Source: a virus (taxonomy: Duplodnaviria; Caudoviricetes). From it: a DNA stretch of 64,000 nt. The stretch spans positions 1 through 64,000 of IMG/VR virus record IMGVR_UViG_3300020577_004280, one strand, 5' to 3'. The notes beneath the pieces are model-generated. The model saw only the letters and a program-made list of their open reading frames with translations. It was not told the origin of the DNA and did no database searches. The position numbers and the translations under genes were made by a program. This document shows, piece by piece, positions 57,285 through 64,000 of the stretch. The first letter of the stretch is position 1. Every line of letters starts with the position of its first letter.

Positions 57285-58659
57285 TTATATACAAATATCT
57301 AGTGTGTCAAAAACAGAACTATTATTGGCAATCAAGAATAATAATTCATATCGTGGAATCTTTGTATCATTAGGTTGTAACCCAACTACTAAAAAAGAAT
57401 TATTAATCCAGAAACTCAATCAAGAAAATATTGATTTAGAATTAATAAAAAATTTTGGTAAAAAAACTATTATTGGTCAAAAGTTTAATTTTCTAACAGT
57501 ATTGTCATCGAAAAACAGAATATGTGAATGTTTATGTGATTGTGGTAAAAAAATCGAAGTAAATGACGGATACGTAAGAGAAAAAGGACATTGTGGATGC
57601 AAAACAGATGAAGATTTAAGCGGTCAAAAAATAGGATTATTATCACTATTAAAAAAAACTAAAACACATCAACAATTCGATGCTTATGAATGTATTTGTG
57701 AATGTGGTAATAAATGTATTGTGACCGCTGGTAATATCTTAAGAAGAGGTAAGCGGGTTAGCTGCGGCTGTTTAACTGATATTAAACAACGTACAAAACA
57801 ATACCAAGGTATTGGTGATTTGTCTGGATTAAGATGGGCTACTATTAAATCATGTCAAAAGCGTAAAAGTAGAGACTTAGAATTTACAATTACTATAGAA
57901 TACGCATGGAATCTATTTATTCAGCAAAACAAAACTTGCGCGTTAACAGGATTACCTATAAAAATATGTGACACTCGTGACGGCGGTAATAATACAGCAT
58001 CTCTAGATAGAATTGATTCATCTAAAGGATATATTGAAGGTAACGTGCAATGGGTTCATAAAGATATTAATCATATTAAAACGGACTACAATCAAGAATA
58101 TTTTTTAAATTTATGTAAAAAGGTTTATGAAAATTCTAAAGACCAAAGAATACAAACTAATATTCCATCTTGGACTGATTATTTTTTAGGAATATGTTTT
58201 GCCACAGCAGAAAGAAGCCCGGATTCTCAAACCAAAATTGGTTGCGTAATCACAGATAGAAATAATCACATATTAGGTACAGGATATAATGGTTTTCCAA
58301 GAAATTTCCCAGAAGAAATGTTACCGAATACACGACCAGAAAAATATCAGTGGATAATTCACGCGGAAGAAAATGCTATTATTAATAGTAGAGATTTACA
58401 TTTAATATCTGACGGGGCTATTGCTTATATATCAAGTAGACCGTGTTTAAATTGTTTAAAAATGATGATAAATTCAAATATTAAAAAAATCATAGTGTCT
58501 ACAAAACCAACCAATACAACAGACATAGAACAACAAGAATATTTTGAATTACTCATAGCTATGAGTGGTATTGAATATGAGGTTGTATCGCCCAAACTAG
58601 ATTTTTTGGAAAACGCTATATTGGATAATAAAATCTTTTTATCAAACCGGGTATCATAA
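57268..58659 (+). CDS. HNH-like endonuclease fused to dCMP deaminase
   Basis: CLCDCG repeats and ASLDRIDSSKGYIEGNVQWVHKDIN, then PSWTDYF...RSPD..TKIGC...GYNG...HAEENAI...PCLNC. Confidence 0.85.
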   Translation: MTTIGNYIQISSVSKTELLLAIKNNNSYRGIFVSLGCNPTTKKELLIQKLNQENIDLELIKNFGKKTIIGQKFNFLTVLSSKNRICECLCDCGKKIEVNDGYVREKGHCGCKTDEDLSGQKIGLLSLLKKTKTHQQFDAYECICECGNKCIVTAGNILRRGKRVSCGCLTDIKQRTKQYQGIGDLSGLRWATIKSCQKRKSRDLEFTITIEYAWNLFIQQNKTCALTGLPIKICDTRDGGNNTASLDRIDSSKGYIEGNVQWVHKDINHIKTDYNQEYFLNLCKKVYENSKDQRIQTNIPSWTDYFLGICFATAERSPDSQTKIGCVITDRNNHILGTGYNGFPRNFPEEMLPNTRPEKYQWIIHAEENAIINSRDLHLISDGAIAYISSRPCLNCLKMMINSNIKKIIVSTKPTNTTDIEQQEYFELLIAMSGIEYEVVSPKLDFLENAILDNKIFLSNRVS

Positions 58660-58665
58660 GTCAAA

Positions 58666-59190
58666 ATGAAAATAGTCTTTACATCATTATTTGCTAATCC
58701 GTTTCATGGTGGACATTTAGCTCTCTTAAAAGCAGCCAAACAGCTTGGTGATAAACTTGTAGTTATAGTTAATAGCGATGCTCAAGTGAAAATTAAGGGA
58801 AGCAAACCATTCTTATCTCATGATGAACGCTTAGATATTATCCGAGAACTAAGGTGCGTAGATGATTGCTGTATAGCAGTAGACGAAGATGGAACTGTTG
58901 CGGAAACTCTCGCTAGATTAGTACAACATTATAATGTTCAAAGCTTATTTCAAACTGTGGTGTTTAAAGAACCAGAACACGAATATATCTTCGCTAAAGG
59001 CGGGGATAGAAAAAATACGGCAAGTATGCCGGAAAGTGAATTAATAGTGTGTCAAAAATTTGGTATTGAGATTGTATACGGGGTTGGTGGATTTGATAAA
59101 AAGAACTCATCGTCAGCTATTCTAGATGGTTTAGAGAACAATCCATCAAGAATTGTAACGCGAAGTGACCCATTACCTTTGGAATCATAA
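58666..59190 (+). CDS. cytidylyltransferase (RfaE/TagD-like)
   Basis: NPFHGGH, VNSD, KGSKPF, FAKGGDR, SSS. Confidence 0.85.
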   Translation: MKIVFTSLFANPFHGGHLALLKAAKQLGDKLVVIVNSDAQVKIKGSKPFLSHDERLDIIRELRCVDDCCIAVDEDGTVAETLARLVQHYNVQSLFQTVVFKEPEHEYIFAKGGDRKNTASMPESELIVCQKFGIEIVYGVGGFDKKNSSSAILDGLENNPSRIVTRSDPLPLES

Positions 59191-59731
59191 TATGTTAAAA
59201 GATAGAATATTAGAGTTGGTAAATAGACCGAATTGTTATAGAGTAATATTTGAACATGAGTCATATGGAGCGTATTTTTGCACATGTTATATTGATGACG
59301 GTAGAGTTATGTATAAAGGCTATGGACAAGATGATGATACAGCTTTTGAAATAGCAAATAAAAACCGTTTAATGTTTAAAGAACTATCTATATCGCTAGA
59401 TAAGATTAATTTTAAATCATATACTAGTGTAGAATTGATTAAGCAAAACGGTTTTCGTATTGCTGTGCTTTTAGATAAAAATTTAAAGCGAAAAATTATT
59501 AGAGAGATTGATAAAATTGATGAGGATGAATTTATAGTATGGAACCAACCACAACTATTGAAAAATTTTTGTATTGATAATCATATTGAATTGATTGCAT
59601 CAAACGATAATATCGGTTTATATAGATATTCTAGTAGAACACGCGGACCTTTATGTGGTTCGGGCGGTTTGATAAAAGTTGATACTCTTACACAAAGGGT
59701 TATATCTAGCAAAATGGAATGGATATCATGA
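59165..59731 (+). CDS. hypothetical protein
   Basis: 188 aa ORF. Confidence 0.55.
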   Translation: MTHYLWNHNMLKDRILELVNRPNCYRVIFEHESYGAYFCTCYIDDGRVMYKGYGQDDDTAFEIANKNRLMFKELSISLDKINFKSYTSVELIKQNGFRIAVLLDKNLKRKIIREIDKIDEDEFIVWNQPQLLKNFCIDNHIELIASNDNIGLYRYSSRTRGPLCGSGGLIKVDTLTQRVISSKMEWIS

Positions 59732-60036
59732 TTAATAAATACGTCGCAGTAATAGTAAATGATTATGACGACGGATTATATTGTATGACGATAACAGAAT
59801 ATATCCCATTTCAATCTAGATACACAAAAGATGAGATTGATATAGAATATTTTAAAAATATTTGTAAACAACCATTTAAGTCATTTAAATTGCTTGATAC
59901 AGAAATACATATTACTAATAATAATAGGCTTGAAGAAGTTTGTACAATTCAGGCATGGTTCACAGGATACGCCGTAGGCGTCAAAGACGAAACTAAAGAA
60001 GAAATGCGTCAACGAATAAATTCACAATATAAATAG
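59719..60036 (+). CDS. hypothetical protein
   Basis: 105 aa ORF. Confidence 0.5.
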   Translation: MDIMINKYVAVIVNDYDDGLYCMTITEYIPFQSRYTKDEIDIEYFKNICKQPFKSFKLLDTEIHITNNNRLEEVCTIQAWFTGYAVGVKDETKEEMRQRINSQYK

Positions 60037-60219
60037 GTCCGCTGGACAGGAGGAATAATGTGTTTACATTAAAATTAGCAAACGGTAAAGAGGCTTCTTT
60101 TGAGTCAGCTAGCGATTTAGCTAACTGGTATCAAAAGGAAAAAAGAGCATCGCTCTCATCAACTAAAGCAAACAAAACAAATAACAACTCAAAGAGTGAG
60201 AAGGGAAACGACGTAGAAA

Positions 60220-63200
60220 ATGTATAGTTATCAAGAAGCCTTAGATGCTTCTACTGAGTATTTCAGCGGTGATGAATTAGCCGCAAGAGTGTTTGTTGAT
60301 AAATATGCCTTACGAAATAACGATGATGAAATTCTGGAAAAGACGCCAGATGATATGCACCGTCGGCTTGCTAAAGAGTTTGCTAGAGTTGAAAAAAATA
60401 AATTCAAGAATCCGTTAACTGAAGATGAAATTTTTGAGTTATTTAGAGGGTTTAAGAGGATTGTTCCGCAGGGAAGCCCGATGTATGGTATCGGAAACCC
60501 TTACCAGTACGTAAGTTATGGAAATTGTTTCGTAATACCAAATCCGACCGACTCATACTTAGGAATAATGTATACTGATACGCAAATAACTCAGATTAGT
60601 TCCAGACGCGGGGGTGTGGGGTGGGATGTATCTGATTTACGTCCGGTTGGTACTAGCGTAAAAAATGCCGCTAAGAGTACAACTGGAACGATATCTTTCA
60701 TGAAAAGATTCTCTAATACGGTTAGAGAAGTAGGACAATGTGTTTGTGAAGGAGAACGCGTTTTAACTGAAAACGGCCTAAAACCAATAGAAGAAGTTAT
60801 CATTGGAGAAAAAGTATGGACAAAATCCGGTTGGATAGTAGTAAAAAACTTACATGCTAATGGTGTAAAACCAATATATGAATTGACATCTGATTTTGGA
60901 TATAAAATCAAAACCTCCAACCAACACGTATTTCTTAATGAAGAAATGAAAGAAGTGACTCTAGAAGATTTAGAAATTAATGATAAAATCGTAATTATTC
61001 CAGGTAATCACAAATTTACTAAAGAATATGTCAAGTTTAATTCCATAAACTATATAAGACATGAGTATAATAATTCAAATAGATTAGTAGAATACACACT
61101 ACCACAAATTTTGGACGAGGAGTTAGCATACTTTTTAGGATATTCTTATGGAGACGGATGTATAGATAATACCTATATATCGTTAGCCGCTACACACGAT
61201 TATCCGGAAATAGAAAATAAATTAGCACGTATCATTAAAGCCAAATTTAACTACAACGCTAAAATTAGTCAAGGCTGTGGAGCGGTCAATACCGTTGATA
61301 TATATTCAAAATATATTGTACAATGGTTAAGAGAGAACGGTATAGCGAAAGGAAAATCTGCAAATTTAGTTTTCCCAGAGAAAATCAAGCAAAGTCCAGC
61401 TTCAGTGCAAGCGGCTTTTTGCTCCGGTTATTTTGATGCTGACGGAACAGCTAAAAGTAATAAAAAAGGATATTCGGTTACTTCTATAGATTACGATTTT
61501 ATTCACGAATATCAAAATACGATAATGTCATTAGGGGTTCCCAGCAAAGAACATTTTCAGAAATCTAAAATCCAGAATTGGAAAGATAAATGGTCCATAG
61601 CTGTTACCGGCACATACGCAAAAACACTATTTAAAGAAATATTTTCTGAATCAGTTAAAGTAAAACTTGCTAATTTTACATCTAGTATAGATAAACTTTT
61701 AACCCCATATAAAGCAAAACAACTAAATATTAGTAGAAAAAAAGAAAACAATTATTGTGCTGGAGAGCCTTATTATTTAAGCTGCAACTGTCTTAAAAAA
61801 CTAAAAGAAGACGGATATAAAACACCTGAAGTATTAGTTCAAGATAGTGTTAGAAGTATAGAATATATTGGAGAACGCGAAACATTTGACCTAGAATTGG
61901 AATCAGAACATTTATTTTATTGTGAAGGGTTTTACATTCATAACTCGGGGCGGCGTGGAGCCAGCTTGCAGTCTTTAGCAGTCAACCATCCTGAAATCTT
62001 AGACTTTATTAAAGTAAAACAAGACCTTACTCAAGTTACTGGCTCTAATATCTCTGTTAAATTTACAGATGAATTCTTACAATCTGTAGAAAAAGATAAA
62101 GAGTTTGAATTAAAATGGCCGGTAGATTCTGATACTCCAAAGATTAGTAAAGTTGTAAAAGCTAAAGATATTTGGAAAGAATTTATACATTCCGCTTGGT
62201 TGATGGCCGAGCCAGGAGCTATGTATTGGGATACTGTAATCAGACGTAGTACAACTGCTCCATATAGAAAATTCGGCTACATTGAAAAGTCATCAAATCC
62301 ATGTATATTAAAAGGAAGTTTAGTTAATACTCCTAATGGATATAAAAAAGTAGAAGATATTAAAAAAGGAGATTTAATTTCTACTGTGTTAGGAAGCGAA
62401 TCAGTAGAAAATATTGATATTAATAGTAATGTACCGACGTTTAAAGTTACATTTAGTGATGGCGGCGTTCAGTATGTTACCGAATCACATATCTATCACA
62501 CTATTCCGTCGCAGAAAGTTAGGATTCTTCCTAAGAAAGTAAGTGAACTCGAAACAGGAGATGCTGTAAGAGTTTACCAATCTCCTCTTAAAGATAAAGG
62601 CACAGAAGAAGATTACAAATACGAATTAAAGCAAGGAATTTTAATTGGCGACGGGTGTTATACGCCAAAAACAGTTAAAGAAAGCTATATTTCTATTTCT
62701 TGTAATATTGATGAGCAATTGTATATTGATAATTTAAAAAAACTATTTGGAACAGAAAATTTTGCAAAAGACCAACCAGCCAAAGACGGTTCAAAATCAT
62801 ACGATTTATTGGTAAAAACAAAATCGGTATCTGAATTAATTCAAAAACCTGGATATTCTTATGAAAAATATCTTGAAATAGAAAGATATGACAACATTAG
62901 TAAAGTAATTGGAGTTTTGGATGGGATGCTTGCGACAGATGGGAATGTGAACTTAAAGTCTAATCACGCTCAAGTTAGATGGATGACAACATCTCCACAG
63001 CTTGCTCAAGATATTAGAAAGCTATTATTGACTATTGGATGTCATGGTTTTATTAGTAAATCAAATGATAAAAGCGGAAAAATTAACGGCAGACAAATTG
63101 TAAGAAAACATCCAAAGTATACTATCACAATTTCAGGAAATTCTATTCAAGCATATTGTTTATATTCTAGAATTGCAGAAATACATCCAGAAAAAGGAGA

Positions 63201-64000
63201 AAAACTTAAACGGGCACAGATTGATTTCAAACTTTCAGGTAATTGTTGGACAGTAAAAGTCAAAAATATAGAACCGTATACTGTAGGAGAAGTATACGAT
63301 TTATATTGTAAAGAGAGTGATAGCTGGATTACTGAAGGTTATGTACAATACGGATGTGGCGAGCAATATCTCCCGCCATACGCATCATGTCGCCTAATCC
63401 TAATCAACCTATATACTTACGTCAAAAACAGATTCACTAAAAAAGCGTATTTTGATTTTGAAGAGTTTGTTAAAGATGTTCGCAACATGCAACGTCTTGG
63501 TGATGATATGGTTGATTTAGAGTTAGAAGCTGTTGACCGTATTATTAAGAAGATAAAATCTGACCCAGAATCAGATGAAATTAAAAAACCCGGTCTAGAT
63601 TTATGGAAGAAAATTAAAGAATGTGCTATTAATGACCGTAGAACAGGATGTGGTTTTACAGCCCTCGGCGATTGTGTAGCTGCTCTTAATCTAAAATTCG
63701 ACTCTAAAGAATCATTGGATTTTATAGATAAAATGTCAGAAGCACTTAAAGTAGCTGCTTTTACAGAATCAGTAGAGATGGCTAAAGAATTGGGACCATT
63801 TCCGATATATGATAGTTCACTGGATATCTCTTCTGAATTTGTACAAGAGCTAAGAGATGAGCATCCAGAATTATATAAAAAAATGGTTAAATATGGTCGT
63901 AGAAATATGACATTATTAACTGTCGCTCCAGCAGGTAGTGTAAGCTGTGAAACACAAACAACATCTGGTCTAGAACCAACTTTTATGTTGGAATATAAAC
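60220..64000 (+). CDS. nrdJ: class II (adenosylcobalamin) ribonucleotide reductase with two inteins, 3'-partial
   Basis: MYSYQEAL...YFSGDELAARVFVDKYAL, PQGSPM, GNCFV, RRGGVG.D.S.LRP, GRRGA, NP/CGEQ, RRTGCG, RN..LLTVAPAGSVS. Confidence 0.9.
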   Translation, partial: MYSYQEALDASTEYFSGDELAARVFVDKYALRNNDDEILEKTPDDMHRRLAKEFARVEKNKFKNPLTEDEIFELFRGFKRIVPQGSPMYGIGNPYQYVSYGNCFVIPNPTDSYLGIMYTDTQITQISSRRGGVGWDVSDLRPVGTSVKNAAKSTTGTISFMKRFSNTVREVGQCVCEGERVLTENGLKPIEEVIIGEKVWTKSGWIVVKNLHANGVKPIYELTSDFGYKIKTSNQHVFLNEEMKEVTLEDLEINDKIVIIPGNHKFTKEYVKFNSINYIRHEYNNSNRLVEYTLPQILDEELAYFLGYSYGDGCIDNTYISLAATHDYPEIENKLARIIKAKFNYNAKISQGCGAVNTVDIYSKYIVQWLRENGIAKGKSANLVFPEKIKQSPASVQAAFCSGYFDADGTAKSNKKGYSVTSIDYDFIHEYQNTIMSLGVPSKEHFQKSKIQNWKDKWSIAVTGTYAKTLFKEIFSESVKVKLANFTSSIDKLLTPYKAKQLNISRKKENNYCAGEPYYLSCNCLKKLKEDGYKTPEVLVQDSVRSIEYIGERETFDLELESEHLFYCEGFYIHNSGRRGASLQSLAVNHPEILDFIKVKQDLTQVTGSNISVKFTDEFLQSVEKDKEFELKWPVDSDTPKISKVVKAKDIWKEFIHSAWLMAEPGAMYWDTVIRRSTTAPYRKFGYIEKSSNPCILKGSLVNTPNGYKKVEDIKKGDLISTVLGSESVENIDINSNVPTFKVTFSDGGVQYVTESHIYHTIPSQKVRILPKKVSELETGDAVRVYQSPLKDKGTEEDYKYELKQGILIGDGCYTPKTVKESYISISCNIDEQLYIDNLKKLFGTENFAKDQPAKDGSKSYDLLVKTKSVSELIQKPGYSYEKYLEIERYDNISKVIGVLDGMLATDGNVNLKSNHAQVRWMTTSPQLAQDIRKLLLTIGCHGFISKSNDKSGKINGRQIVRKHPKYTITISGNSIQAYCLYSRIAEIHPEKGEKLKRAQIDFKLSGNCWTVKVKNIEPYTVGEVYDLYCKESDSWITEGYVQYGCGEQYLPPYASCRLILINLYTYVKNRFTKKAYFDFEEFVKDVRNMQRLGDDMVDLELEAVDRIIKKIKSDPESDEIKKPGLDLWKKIKECAINDRRTGCGFTALGDCVAALNLKFDSKESLDFIDKMSEALKVAAFTESVEMAKELGPFPIYDSSLDISSEFVQELRDEHPELYKKMVKYGRRNMTLLTVAPAGSVSCETQTTSGLEPTFMLEYK
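60739..61944 (+). mobile_element. intein 1 in NrdJ (402 aa, LAGLIDADG endonuclease)
   Basis: VGQ|CVCEG...TSNQH...LGYSYGDG...GYFDADG...FYIHN|SGRRGA. Confidence 0.92.
62302..63354 (+). mobile_element. intein 2 in NrdJ (351 aa) with non-canonical C-terminus
   Basis: SNP|CILKG...TESH...GILIGDG...GMLATDG...VYDL...WITEGYVQYG|CGEQ. Confidence 0.85.

Noticed and set aside
1-64000. Assignment of host taxon
   Set aside because: The hints (GspG-like motif, NrdJ type, Cys-rich secreted peptide) are not enough without database searches.

Overview
AT-rich, densely coded 64-kb segment of a large (jumbo-type) dsDNA bacteriophage. Almost all genes lie on the + strand and read in standard code 11. Layout: (1) 1-30 kb, early/middle genes for NAD/ADP-ribose handling (CinA-NadD fusion, NADAR, macrodomain, Nudix, two cysteine hydrolases), RNA repair and modification (two RNA ligases, P-loop kinase, Pol-beta-type nucleotidyltransferase, RlmN-like radical SAM), plus rIIA/rIIB, DNA ligase, ThyX and two sigma-like proteins. 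(2) 30.6-36 kb, a membrane-protein/lipoprotein cluster with a papain-like peptidase. (3) 37-54 kb, an RNA-gene region with about 15 tRNAs (many atypical), a compact tmRNA, homing endonucleases and a Ro60/TROVE gene. (4) 55-64 kb, sugar-modification genes, an endonuclease-dCMP deaminase fusion and a class II ribonucleotide reductase with two inteins. Most striking observations: (a) Seven copies of a conserved Y-RNA-like stem module surround the TROVE gene in three topologies: bare hairpins carrying Lys/Asn/Glu-type anticodon loops, circularly permuted copies inside tRNA anticodon arms, and one copy replacing a tRNA acceptor stem. (b) A ~380-nt ncRNA with two circularly permuted tRNA mimics follows a coiled-coil gene. 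(c) One RNR intein ends in Gly rather than Asn/Gln. All structures were read by eye and no searches were run.
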